IMG/VR virus record: IMGVR_UViG_3300044611_002008 | Span: 1-64,000 of that record | From: an uncultured virus (IMG/VR IMGVR_UViG_3300044611_002008) | Taxonomy: Duplodnaviria > Heunggongvirae > Uroviricota > Caudoviricetes | DNA length: 64,000 nt | Reading direction: 5' to 3' (one strand) | In this document: piece after piece, positions 1 through 9,083 of the stretch | Numbering within the stretch: the stretch's first letter is position 1 | How the letters are laid out: every line of letters starts with the position of its first letter | The notes under the pieces: generated by a model | What the model saw: the letters and a program-made list of their open reading frames with translations, nothing else | What the model was told of the DNA's origin: nothing | Database searches by the model: none | Program-made: the position numbers and the translations under genes

Positions 1-377
1 TAGAGAATATATTATGCATAGAGCGTAAAAAGAGCTCTAGTGAATTTGCTAATAATATTGTAGAAAGTAGATTTAAAGATGTTATCGAGAGAATGAGTAA
101 TATAAAATACGCTTTTTTATTACTAGAGTTTGATCTAAAAGATTTATTGGTTTATCCTATTGGGTCCACCGTGCCAAGAAGAATGTGGGATAAAATTAAG
201 ATTAGTCCAGCGTTTTTATTAAAGAACATTTTAGAGTTGCAATTGAACCATAATATTATAGTATATTTTTGTGGAGACGCTGATAACGCTGGAAAGATGG
301 CTGAGCATATATTAAAAAAGATACATTATATAGAAGTAGTTAAAAACAAAGGAGTACCAAGCAATGATCCTAAATAA
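1..377 (+). CDS. ERCC4/XPF-family nuclease, 5'-truncated by the window edge
   Basis: The frame of ORF 93..377 is open back to position 3 and reads ENILCIERKKSSSEFANNIVESRFKDVIERM. The hydrophobic-ERK motif followed by LLLE matches the ERCC4 nuclease core. Confidence 0.65.
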   Translation, partial: ENILCIERKKSSSEFANNIVESRFKDVIERMSNIKYAFLLLEFDLKDLLVYPIGSTVPRRMWDKIKISPAFLLKNILELQLNHNIIVYFCGDADNAGKMAEHILKKIHYIEVVKNKGVPSNDPK

Positions 378-939
378 CCCTATCGTACTGACACAACCTC
401 CCTATGCTGATCAGACAGGAAAAACTATAACACCGGGACCTATCGTATTGAATGAGTTAGATGTAACTTACCATATTAATCCTAAAGCAAAAAATATATA
501 TGCTACTATTCTAAAGGTGCCATCGCCAATCTCATTGGCTACTCCGGCAGATTTTCACGAAGTAACCGATCTATCTATTGCTGCTTTGGAAGGGTCTCTC
601 AGAGAAAAAATTGGAGAAAATGCTCAAGCGTATTTACAGTCTTTATTTCCTAGAACGCTAGAGTCTGATCCTAACGGCCCGGGCACTATCTTATCAGGTA
701 TGATTAGCGCATTAGGTATCCACTCTACTCCAAATTGTAGTTGTAGGCGCCACGCTTTACAAATGAACGCCAGTGGCCCAGATTGGTGCGAGCAAAACAT
801 GGATACTATTCTTGGTTGGCTGAAAGAAGAAAGCTCGAAGAGAAAATTACCATTTGTCGAAACCGTGGCTAGATTAATGGTGCAACGAGCTATTAATAAA
901 TCTCGAAGATTACTAGCCAAAGTCCAAAAGCAGAGTTAA
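364..939 (+). CDS. Hypothetical protein with C-terminal Cys-containing domain (GPGT...CSC..HALQMN..GPDWC)
   Basis: 191-aa ORF, GGAG at 351-354 upstream, abuts terminase. Function not recognised. Confidence 0.75.
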   Translation: MILNNPIVLTQPPYADQTGKTITPGPIVLNELDVTYHINPKAKNIYATILKVPSPISLATPADFHEVTDLSIAALEGSLREKIGENAQAYLQSLFPRTLESDPNGPGTILSGMISALGIHSTPNCSCRRHALQMNASGPDWCEQNMDTILGWLKEESSKRKLPFVETVARLMVQRAINKSRRLLAKVQKQS

Positions 940-942
940 TTT

Positions 943-2970
943 GTGTCTATAAAAAATTCTATATATGATGACGCATGGTTAGGACTGGGTGATCTATCTC
1001 TATTGTCTGTTGATCATAAAAATCTTATGATTAATAGAACCGAGGAAGATATAGAGAGACCAGATCTTCATTTGATGAAGATTTTAAGAGGTCCTAGGCA
1101 TATTGGTTCGACCTGCAAATTATTATTTAATATAGAATTACACCCAATACAAATAGCTATTATACAAGAGTTTTGGATAAGAGCTTTTCCTATGTATATC
1201 GCCAGTCGAGGTTGGGGAAAGTCTTTTTTGTTATCTTTGTACTGCGTACTCAGAATGACATTTTATCCTGGAACTAAAATTGTTGTTGTTGGAGCAGCTT
1301 TTAGACAAAGTAAAATTATTTTTGAATATATGGAAACTATTTGGAGGAATAGTCCTATACTTCGTAGTATTTTTAATGGTAATGACGATGGTCCTAGAAG
1401 AGATGTTGATCGTTGCACTATGAGATTAGGAGATAGTTGGACTATAGCTATTCCTTTAGGCGATGGTAGTAAGATTAGAGGATTAAGAGCACATATTATT
1501 ATTGCTGATGAATTTGCTTCTATATCTCCGGATATTTATGAAACAGTAGTATCTGGTTTCGCAGCGGTATCAGCCAGTCCTATTCAGAATGTTAAGGAAC
1601 AAGCCAAACAAACAGCGTTGAAAGAAGCAGGATTATGGAATGAAGATTTAGATATATTAAATACTAAAATGGGTAATCAGGCTATTATATCTGGCACGGC
1701 AGATTATGGTTTCAAACACTTTGCCCAATACTGGAAAAGATATAAGAATATTATCGAAAGTAAGGGAGATAGGAAAAAACTAGAAGAAATATTTAAAGGA
1801 GAGGTTCCAGATAATTTTAATTGGAGAGACTACTCCATTATACGTATTCCTTATGAATTAATCCCAAAAGGCTTCATGGATGACAAGCAGGTTTCTAGAG
1901 CAAAAGCGACTATTCATACTGGTATATATAATATGGAGTACGCTGCTTGTTTTATTAATGATAGTGAAGGATTTTTTAGGAGAAGTCTTATAGAAAGTTG
2001 TGTGGCCAACGATTCTTCTCCTATAATTCTTGGAGACAAGAAAATTACCTTTGAGGCCACAACAACAGGTAACCCAACAGGCAAATACATATACGGAATC
2101 GATCCAGCATCCGAGCAAGATAATTTTAGCATTGTAGTTTTAGAGATGCATCCGGATCACAATAGGGTCGTATATTGCTGGACTACTAATAGGAGTAACT
2201 TTAAAGAACGACTCAAAACAGGATTAGTTACAGAGCACGATTTTTATGGTTTTTGTGTGAGAAAAATACGAAATCTCATGAAAACGTTTCCGCCGGTAAG
2301 AATCGGTATGGATGCTCAGGGAGGAGGAGTGGCTATCGAAGAGGCTTTTCATGACCCTTCTAAGCTTGAAGAGGGAGAAATATTGATTTGGCCAGCCATA
2401 GATCCCGCTAAAAGCAAAGATACAGATAATCAAGCCGGTCTACACATATTAGAACTTGTTCAATTTGCTAAGGCCGATTGGACCAGTCAGGCTAACCACG
2501 GTCTTAGGAAAGACCTAGAAGATAAGGTATTATTATTTCCAAGATTCGATAATTTAACGCTTGGCTTGGCTCTAGAAGCAGAAAATAAAGATATCATGTC
2601 ATCTGAGTTGAATCCTATTTATGATAGTTTAAGCGAATGTATACTAGAGATAGAAGAGCTTAAAAATGAACTCACAACTATAGTCATGACACAAACGAGT
2701 ACTGGTCCAAATGCTAGAGACAGATGGGATACTCCAGAGGTTAAGCTTAGCGGAGGTAAAAAGGGAAGATTAAGAAAAGATAGATATAGCTCATTAGTAA
2801 TAGCTAATATGTTAGCTAGACAATCCCAAAGGGCTTTAAAACCAATAGAATATGAAGTTATCGGAGATAATGCTCGAAATGTAGCTAATAATACTGGTCA
2901 AATGTATAAAGGACCCGAATGGTTTATAGCTGGAGCTAATGACGATATTTATACGGGTATTTATAGATAA
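943..2970 (+). CDS. terL: Terminase large subunit
   Basis: Walker A ASRGWGKS, Walker B IIIADE, RNase H-like nuclease motif YGIDPAS and C-terminal KDRYSS. Lies directly before the portal. GTG start. Confidence 0.93.
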   Translation: MSIKNSIYDDAWLGLGDLSLLSVDHKNLMINRTEEDIERPDLHLMKILRGPRHIGSTCKLLFNIELHPIQIAIIQEFWIRAFPMYIASRGWGKSFLLSLYCVLRMTFYPGTKIVVVGAAFRQSKIIFEYMETIWRNSPILRSIFNGNDDGPRRDVDRCTMRLGDSWTIAIPLGDGSKIRGLRAHIIIADEFASISPDIYETVVSGFAAVSASPIQNVKEQAKQTALKEAGLWNEDLDILNTKMGNQAIISGTADYGFKHFAQYWKRYKNIIESKGDRKKLEEIFKGEVPDNFNWRDYSIIRIPYELIPKGFMDDKQVSRAKATIHTGIYNMEYAACFINDSEGFFRRSLIESCVANDSSPIILGDKKITFEATTTGNPTGKYIYGIDPASEQDNFSIVVLEMHPDHNRVVYCWTTNRSNFKERLKTGLVTEHDFYGFCVRKIRNLMKTFPPVRIGMDAQGGGVAIEEAFHDPSKLEEGEILIWPAIDPAKSKDTDNQAGLHILELVQFAKADWTSQANHGLRKDLEDKVLLFPRFDNLTLGLALEAENKDIMSSELNPIYDSLSECILEIEELKNELTTIVMTQTSTGPNARDRWDTPEVKLSGGKKGRLRKDRYSSLVIANMLARQSQRALKPIEYEVIGDNARNVANNTGQMYKGPEWFIAGANDDIYTGIYR

Positions 2971-2971
2971 C

Positions 2972-2989
2972 AGTGTACTATTGTATTAG
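2972..2989 (+). promoter_or_regulatory. Variant of GGTGTA upstream motif (AGTGTACTATTGTATTAG)
   Basis: Intergenic, 57 bp before the portal start; one mismatch to the recurrent motif. Confidence 0.4.
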
Positions 2990-3028
2990 TATTGCGGTTG
3001 TATTGCGATCCTATTATTATTATAAAAT

Positions 3029-5218
3029 ATGAGCAAAAAATCAAATAATCAAAATAATTCTATTCCGAACGCCGAGCCCAAAAATCCCGAAGCGTATGTT
3101 GCCTGGGGTGAGGATTTAGCCAGTAAACAAGCGGCGATGCAGTCTTGTTCGGATTCTCTGGACGAATTTACAGGTATTCAAAAAGCGGAAGCGAGATGGC
3201 GACGAGATTTTTCTAATCTTGATGGCAATATTTCTAGTCGTCCCGGATTGACTCGTTTTGATTATGATCAATTTAGAGCAGACGAGGCCGTACCTACAAA
3301 AATCAAGCCGGTCATACGCAGAGCAGAAGACATATATCAAAGAGTTGGTCTTGTAAAAAACGTTATAGATCTCATGGGCGATTTTGCGGTTCAAGGTATA
3401 AGACTGGTACATAAGAACAAGAGAGTTGAAAGATTCTATCGCAAATGGTTTCAAAAAGTAAGAGGCAAAGACCGTTCAGAAAGATTTCTAAACAATTTAT
3501 ATAAAACAGGTAATGTTGTATTAAATAGGCAAACAGGAAAACTTAATACTAAAGTAACGGAACAACTATATAGGGCTGTGGCTTCTCCAGATATGCAGAT
3601 ATCTGATCTAGATATCAATAATCTAGAAAAAAGAGAAATACCCTGGAAATATACATTTATTGATCCTGTATTTGTCGAGGTGGCCGCTGGGGCCTTATCT
3701 TCATTCGTACAAGAAAAACAGTATCAGTTGATTTTACCATCCGATCTTAGAAAAACAATTAATTCTCCCAAAACTGATTCAGAAAGAGAAGTGATTGCTA
3801 AGTTACCATCAGCTATTATAGAAGCAGCTAAAACCAGAAAGCCTTATCCATTAGACAAAGACAAAACACTTGTTTTTCACTATAAAAAAGATGATTGGCA
3901 GACATGGGCCTATCCTATGATTTATGCTATCATGGATGATATAACCGTTATAGAGAAACTCAAACTAGCCGATATGGCCGCTCTTGATGGTGCTATTTCT
4001 AATATTAGAATTTTTAAACTAGGCAGCCTAGAGCATAAAATAGCTCCTACTAAAGCGGCTACAGCTAAACTAGCACAGATCTTAGGCAATAATGTCGGTG
4101 GCGGAACTATGGATGTGGTTTGGGGTCCCGATATAGAATTATTAGAATCCAACACTAACGTACATAATTTTTTAGGAGAAGGCAAATACGTTCCGCATCT
4201 TAATGCCGTATATGCTGGTTTAGGTATTCCTCCTACTCTTACTGGTACTTTTGGAGCGTCTGGAACCACAAATAACTTTATAAGTCTCAAAACCTTAACT
4301 CAAAGACTTCAGTATGGCCGAGATATTTTAGTAGAGTTTTGGGATAAAGAAATCGCGCTAGTACAAAAAGCTATGGGTTTTAAATACCCAGCCAAAATAG
4401 AATTTGACAGAATGGATCTAAGCAATGAGGATGCTGAAAAAGCCCTATTAGTCCAGTTAGCTGATAGAAATCTTATATCGGACGAGCTATTGCAAAGCCG
4501 TTTTGGTTTCGATCCAGATATGGAAAAATCTAGACTAAATAGAGAAAACAGAGAGAGAAAGAGCGATAGAATGATACAAAAATCTGGACCTTGGCATGAC
4601 CCACAATTTCAAAATTCTCTTAAAAAGATAGCACTACAAATAGGTACGGTTACGCCTAGTCAAGTTGGCCTGGATTTGCCCCCAAGAAAGAAAGGAGAGC
4701 AAACGGCCCTAGATATGAAGCAGCAGCAGAAACAACCAACGCAGTTGGGAAACGATTTGCCAAAATCGTTACCTGGACAGCCGGGCGAGGGAAGACCCAA
4801 ATTAAGCAAGGATACGGAAAAAAGAAAAACAAAAGTATTTTCCCCACAGACAGGAGCAAGTTTGGCCATATGGGCCTCACAAGCACAAGAAGATATAGCT
4901 CAAATATTAAACCCAATAATGTTAGAGTTTTATCAGAAAAAAAATCTAAGAAGTCTTTCTAGTAAGGAATATCAAGAATTAGAAGATATAAAAACCAAAA
5001 CACTTTTCTGCATCAAACCATTCTCTAAAATTGACTCTTCAATAGAGGGCATAATGAGTAGTATAAACTCTAAAGCGAGTTTAGATACTATTTCTTTATA
5101 TAATAATTGGCTAAAAACATTAGAACTAGATCTAGGTAGTCAATTAAATTCTGATCAACAAAAGCAAGCCAAAGCATCTTTTTACGCTATGGTGTATGAT
5201 TCTCTTGAAACCGACTAA
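3029..5218 (+). CDS. Portal protein
   Basis: 729 aa between terminase and head maturation genes. Helical N-terminal GLVKNVIDLMGDF, AGLGIPPTLTG segment and low-complexity GQPGEGRP tail, as in portals. Confidence 0.85.
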   Translation: MSKKSNNQNNSIPNAEPKNPEAYVAWGEDLASKQAAMQSCSDSLDEFTGIQKAEARWRRDFSNLDGNISSRPGLTRFDYDQFRADEAVPTKIKPVIRRAEDIYQRVGLVKNVIDLMGDFAVQGIRLVHKNKRVERFYRKWFQKVRGKDRSERFLNNLYKTGNVVLNRQTGKLNTKVTEQLYRAVASPDMQISDLDINNLEKREIPWKYTFIDPVFVEVAAGALSSFVQEKQYQLILPSDLRKTINSPKTDSEREVIAKLPSAIIEAAKTRKPYPLDKDKTLVFHYKKDDWQTWAYPMIYAIMDDITVIEKLKLADMAALDGAISNIRIFKLGSLEHKIAPTKAATAKLAQILGNNVGGGTMDVVWGPDIELLESNTNVHNFLGEGKYVPHLNAVYAGLGIPPTLTGTFGASGTTNNFISLKTLTQRLQYGRDILVEFWDKEIALVQKAMGFKYPAKIEFDRMDLSNEDAEKALLVQLADRNLISDELLQSRFGFDPDMEKSRLNRENRERKSDRMIQKSGPWHDPQFQNSLKKIALQIGTVTPSQVGLDLPPRKKGEQTALDMKQQQKQPTQLGNDLPKSLPGQPGEGRPKLSKDTEKRKTKVFSPQTGASLAIWASQAQEDIAQILNPIMLEFYQKKNLRSLSSKEYQELEDIKTKTLFCIKPFSKIDSSIEGIMSSINSKASLDTISLYNNWLKTLELDLGSQLNSDQQKQAKASFYAMVYDSLETD
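5191..5206 (+). promoter_or_regulatory. GGTGTA upstream motif (putative late promoter)
   Basis: GGTGTATGATTCTCTT inside the last codons of the portal, 43 bp before the probable ATG at 5234. Confidence 0.4.
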
Positions 5219-5233
5219 CATATGGAGATTATT

Positions 5234-6736
5234 ATGGAAGTTTTTCCAGCAGAAATAGAAGACGGCTTACAAGAAATTGTCTCCTCGAAGGCTTGTGTGA
5301 CTTACGCTACTCAGGCTATTCCGTATAATGACACTATAGTGGCCGGTAAGCACTTTAAAAGCTTAGCGTCTATGTCTGATGAAGATCTGTATTATGTACA
5401 GTCTATTTTAGTTAGTTCCTCATGGAATAAAAATGATGATATATTTGATAAGGCCGAGGTTTGGAGCGCCAAGCACACACCAGAAGATAAGCCTACAAAC
5501 TTAGAGCATGATGAAAATACTATTATAGGACATATAGTCTCTAATTATCCCATCACGGAAGATGGTATCCTTATAGATGAAAATACCCCAATAGAAAACC
5601 TGCCAAATAAATACCATATATTAACAGGATCAGTTATTTATAAGGGGTTTAGTAATCCAGAATTACGAGGCAGAGCAGATAAGCTAATATCAGAAATAGA
5701 GTCTGGTGAAAAATATGTAAGTATGGAGTGCTTTTTTAAGGGCTTTGATTATGGATTAGTTAATCAGTCCAATGGTAGTTATCAAATTTTACCAAGAAAT
5801 AAAGAAACAGCTCACTTAACTAAACACCTTAGAGCATATGGTGGACAAGGAGAGCACGAGGGCTTTAAAATAGGTAGAGTTTTAAGAGGCATTACGTTTT
5901 CTGGTAAGGGATTTGTTAATAAACCAGCTAATCCTGACAGTATTATTTTTACTGAAAATTCTATTCAAGTAGATATTCCAGAAAAAAAAGAGCAAAAAAA
6001 TAACGATTTATCGATTGCGGGTGTATCAAATAATCAGTTAACCTTTAATTCGGAGAATAATACTATGAGTTTAGAAACAGAAACGACGGGCCTAACAGAG
6101 AAAGTTGAATCAACGACCGACTGCTCGGAGGCCGTCAAGGAAGCACAGGCTACTGCTAACGAACTTAAAGAAAAAACAATCGCTCTTGAAACAGCCATCG
6201 AGACGAATGAGACCATCCTTACCGAGACTAAGGCTCAGCTCGAAGCAGCTCTTGCAGAAAAGGAAGAAGCCGCTAAAAAGTGGTATGAAGAGATGAAGAA
6301 AAAGGAAGAAGAGAAAGACAAGATGAAGGCAGCTCTTGACGAAGCTCTTGAAGCTTTAGCTGGATACAAAGCCAAAGAAGAAGAGATGTTAAAGAAGGAA
6401 AAGAAGATGAAAAGAATCGCCTCTCTTCTCGAAGCAGGTATTGCTAATGAAGTAGCAGCCTCAACAGTTGATAAGTTTGAAGGTTTAGAAGACGACGCTT
6501 TCGAAGCTATGACCGTTCTTTTAGCTTCTAAGTCACCGGTTTCTATACCAGCCGAACCAGTTATAGCCACAGAAGAGCCAGTAGTAGATACAGCTGATGC
6601 TTCTGTACTAGACACGGTTGAAACAGTCGAGGAAGTTAATCTTGGTGTCGGAGGCGACTCAGACAATTCAGTTGAATCAACTCGTGCAGCTCTTGTCGAG
6701 TATGTTTGCAGTAGATTAGGTAAAAAAGCACAATAA
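5234..6736 (+). CDS. Prohead protease / scaffold fusion (probable start 5234; ORF track start 5222)
   Basis: N-terminal NKNDDIF...NLEHD...VSME...G.GFVNKPANPDS resembles HK97/herpes-type maturation protease motifs. C-terminal half is an acidic coiled coil. GGAG at 5224-5227 favours the ATG at 5234. Confidence 0.75.
   Translation: MEVFPAEIEDGLQEIVSSKACVTYATQAIPYNDTIVAGKHFKSLASMSDEDLYYVQSILVSSSWNKNDDIFDKAEVWSAKHTPEDKPTNLEHDENTIIGHIVSNYPITEDGILIDENTPIENLPNKYHILTGSVIYKGFSNPELRGRADKLISEIESGEKYVSMECFFKGFDYGLVNQSNGSYQILPRNKETAHLTKHLRAYGGQGEHEGFKIGRVLRGITFSGKGFVNKPANPDSIIFTENSIQVDIPEKKEQKNNDLSIAGVSNNQLTFNSENNTMSLETETTGLTEKVESTTDCSEAVKEAQATANELKEKTIALETAIETNETILTETKAQLEAALAEKEEAAKKWYEEMKKKEEEKDKMKAALDEALEALAGYKAKEEEMLKKEKKMKRIASLLEAGIANEVAASTVDKFEGLEDDAFEAMTVLLASKSPVSIPAEPVIATEEPVVDTADASVLDTVETVEEVNLGVGGDSDNSVESTRAALVEYVCSRLGKKAQ
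6020..6037 (+). promoter_or_regulatory. Intragenic GGTGTA motif (GGTGTATCAAATAATCAG)
   Basis: Near copy of the intergenic GGTGTATCTATAATCAG at 8313; 45 bp upstream of an in-frame ATG that has a GGAG ribosome-binding site. Confidence 0.55.
6065..6736 (+). CDS. Nested in-frame scaffolding protein (internal start MSLETETTG...)
   Basis: In-frame ATG at 6065, GGAG at 6052-6055 and motif at 6020. The start coincides with the protease/coiled-coil boundary, as in lambda C/Nu3. Confidence 0.6.
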   Translation: MSLETETTGLTEKVESTTDCSEAVKEAQATANELKEKTIALETAIETNETILTETKAQLEAALAEKEEAAKKWYEEMKKKEEEKDKMKAALDEALEALAGYKAKEEEMLKKEKKMKRIASLLEAGIANEVAASTVDKFEGLEDDAFEAMTVLLASKSPVSIPAEPVIATEEPVVDTADASVLDTVETVEEVNLGVGGDSDNSVESTRAALVEYVCSRLGKKAQ

Positions 6737-6751
6737 ATAAGGGAGAAACAC

Positions 6752-7210
6752 ATGGCTCTTAAACCAGATCGTATCGAAAGTTACACAGATATTTCCTATT
6801 TCATGAATGTTGTTGGCGAAAGAGGTGGCGTTGTTGTTCACGGTACCTCTGGTGCCGGCGCATCGACAGATGACGCTGGGGCTACAGTTGCCTATCCAAC
6901 AGGCGTTGTTTCAGGCACTAAGCCAGCCGGAGTATTGCTAAACGATGTCGTTAATCTTGATCTAACCAGACAGCATCTTAATTATCATAGAGACGAGATG
7001 CAGCTTGGCGGCAAGGTCACACTACTTCGTCAGGGCCAGGTTACAACAAACATGGTCGCTACGGGAGTAACACCCGCTGCTGGGTCCGATGCATACTATG
7101 ACGGTAATGGATTATTTACAACCACCAGTACCGGTAGTACTAAAGTTGGTAGATTTTTGAGCAGCAAAGATTCTGATGGTTATGTCAAAGTAGATGTCAA
7201 TATTACCTAA
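6752..7210 (+). CDS. Capsid decoration / cement protein
   Basis: 152 aa beta-rich protein directly before the major capsid gene, strong GGGAG RBS, GVLLNDV...GKVTLL..G.V.T pattern of gpD-like decoration proteins. Confidence 0.7.
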   Translation: MALKPDRIESYTDISYFMNVVGERGGVVVHGTSGAGASTDDAGATVAYPTGVVSGTKPAGVLLNDVVNLDLTRQHLNYHRDEMQLGGKVTLLRQGQVTTNMVATGVTPAAGSDAYYDGNGLFTTTSTGSTKVGRFLSSKDSDGYVKVDVNIT

Positions 7211-7223
7211 TAGGGAGAACAAA

Positions 7224-8231
7224 ATGTCAACGAAAACTCAGTTTCAACCTTCGCCAGAACTAACAGATCTTCTCGTTCGCTCTGGCTCACCAGATAGACA
7301 AGTTGCCTTAGCAGCCAACAGAGAGTTTGCTAAAGCACTAGAATTACCTTTACGTCAAGGTCTACTCAGTGGAGATATCCTAGACGGCATCTTCGAGCCA
7401 ATTCAGCTCCAGCCCGGTGCCACTCCAGAATTCCCACTAGATTTTCTTGCCCCTGGCACAGAAAAAGACTTTGTGGCTTACACTATCCCTAACCACGGTT
7501 ATATTCCAGAGCGTCATGTCGAAGGCGATTATGTCATGGTTCCAACCTATGACATCGGTGCCTCGATTGATTATCTCCTAAAGTATGCTCGTGACGCTCG
7601 CTGGGACGTTGTGGGTCGCGCTATGGAAGTGCTAGAAGCTTCGTTCGTAAAGAAAATGAACGACGACGGCTGGCACACACTCTTGGCCGCTGGTGTTGAT
7701 CGCAATATCGTTGTGTTCGACAGCGACGCTGCATCAAATCAGTTCACCAAGAGACTAGTCAGTCTCATGAAGACTGTTATGCGTAGAAACGGTGGCGGTA
7801 ATAGCGCTAGTGTCAACAGAGGTATGCTAACAGACCTCTATGTTTCACCAGAAGCTATGGAAGATATCCGCAACTGGGGTCTTGATCAGGTTGACGAAGT
7901 AACACGCAGAGAGATCTACACAGCCGCTGATGGTACTCTCAACCGTGTTTTCGGCGTTAATCTTCACGACAGAGACGAGCTTGGTGTTGGTCAAGAGTAT
8001 CAGCTATTCTATAGCAACGTACTCAATGGCACACTACCAAGTGGAGATACAGAAGTTGTTGTTGGTCTTGATCTACGCAAGAGAGACAGCTTCATTATGC
8101 CAGTTCGTGAACAGGTTCAAATCTTCGAAGACGAAACACTACATCGTCAGAAGAGAGCCGGTTTCTACGGCTGGAGCGAGCAGGGCTTTGCGGTTCTAGA
8201 TAATCGCAGAGTTATTCTCGGCTCTCTCTAA
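7224..8231 (+). CDS. Major capsid protein, HK97 fold inferred (probable start 7224)
   Basis: 335 aa, position after scaffold and decoration genes, GGGAG RBS at 7213-7217, C-rich third positions suggesting high expression, C-terminal GFAVLDNRRV, followed by a strong terminator. Confidence 0.88.
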   Translation: MSTKTQFQPSPELTDLLVRSGSPDRQVALAANREFAKALELPLRQGLLSGDILDGIFEPIQLQPGATPEFPLDFLAPGTEKDFVAYTIPNHGYIPERHVEGDYVMVPTYDIGASIDYLLKYARDARWDVVGRAMEVLEASFVKKMNDDGWHTLLAAGVDRNIVVFDSDAASNQFTKRLVSLMKTVMRRNGGGNSASVNRGMLTDLYVSPEAMEDIRNWGLDQVDEVTRREIYTAADGTLNRVFGVNLHDRDELGVGQEYQLFYSNVLNGTLPSGDTEVVVGLDLRKRDSFIMPVREQVQIFEDETLHRQKRAGFYGWSEQGFAVLDNRRVILGSL

Positions 8232-8264
8232 TTTAGACTCTACAATCAGTTACTATCTAAAGAT

Positions 8265-8298
8265 AGGGCCGGGAGAATATCCTGGCCCTTCTTTTTTT
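8265..8298 (+). terminator. Rho-independent terminator after the capsid gene
   Basis: Stem AGGGCCGGGA / TCCTGGCCCT (10 bp, one G-U), loop GAATA, then TCTTTTTTT. Confidence 0.88.
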
Positions 8299-8312
8299 AT
8301 ATATGTATTAAA

Positions 8313-8329
8313 GGTGTATCTATAATCAG
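8313..8329 (+). promoter_or_regulatory. GGTGTA upstream motif (GGTGTATCTATAATCAG)
   Basis: Intergenic, just after the terminator, 65 bp before the next ATG. Confidence 0.6.
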
Positions 8330-8377
8330 CAGGGCATTTTTCTGCCAAGTAAAAACTATATCAAAGGCATATAATAT

Positions 8378-8782
8378 ATGGCAGCTAGTAAATATGATTT
8401 CGCTATAGAACAAGGGACATCTTTTAAATTATCGTTAATATATAAAGACGCTAATGGAACGCCCGTAAATCTAACAGACTGGTGCGCTAGAATAGTATGG
8501 AAAACCAATACTGGTATTATTCAAACCTTTTCTTCTGACAACATAGATCATAGTGTATATAAATTTACTATTGATGATACTAATGGTAAATTAACATTAT
8601 TACTGCCTGTATCTACAACCAATGGGTTTAATTTTAATACGGCTAAATATGATCTAGAGCTACAATCTCCAGAAGATATTTATGCTGGCGGAGGCAAATA
8701 TACTACGAGGCTATTGTTTGGTACTATAAGTATAGTCAAGAGATTTAGTCAAGCAGGTTCTTCATTGGAGTGTTCTACATGA
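8378..8782 (+). CDS. Ig-like virion adaptor protein (BppU N-terminal-like)
   Basis: IEQGTSF...KDANGTPVNLTDW...AKYDLEL...RLLFG pattern; paralogous to the N-terminus of 39976..40893. Confidence 0.6.
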   Translation: MAASKYDFAIEQGTSFKLSLIYKDANGTPVNLTDWCARIVWKTNTGIIQTFSSDNIDHSVYKFTIDDTNGKLTLLLPVSTTNGFNFNTAKYDLELQSPEDIYAGGGKYTTRLLFGTISIVKRFSQAGSSLECST

Positions 8783-9042
8783 GTAATTTTATTTTGGAAA
8801 TACTTGACCCTCAGATACATCTTATAGAAGTAGAAACCAGTTTTGTTGATAATCTGAACAATATTGAGATAGAAAGATCAGAATCTTTTAATATTGAATT
8901 AATTAATACAGAAAAAATTTTGGCAAGCGACTTACCAGATAACATACCCATGAGTAAAATAGTAGGTAATTTAGATGTTGCTAGAATTAGTGGGTTGTCT
9001 GAGTATTTAGATGAGTATGAATTTGATTGCGGTACACCATAA
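8779..9042 (+). CDS. Small acidic virion protein ending in DCGTP (probable start 8779)
   Basis: ATGA overlap with the upstream stop; C-terminal FDCGTP mirrors VDGGTP of the next gene. Confidence 0.65.
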   Translation: MSNFILEILDPQIHLIEVETSFVDNLNNIEIERSESFNIELINTEKILASDLPDNIPMSKIVGNLDVARISGLSEYLDEYEFDCGTP

Positions 9043-9083
9043 CTATTTTTTATTCACATAAACATATATAAAGGTTAAATATC

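Noticed and set aside
943..8231. Inteins or introns in terminase, portal or capsid genes
   Set aside because: Reading frames are continuous, with no C/S...HN splice motifs or homing endonuclease motifs seen.
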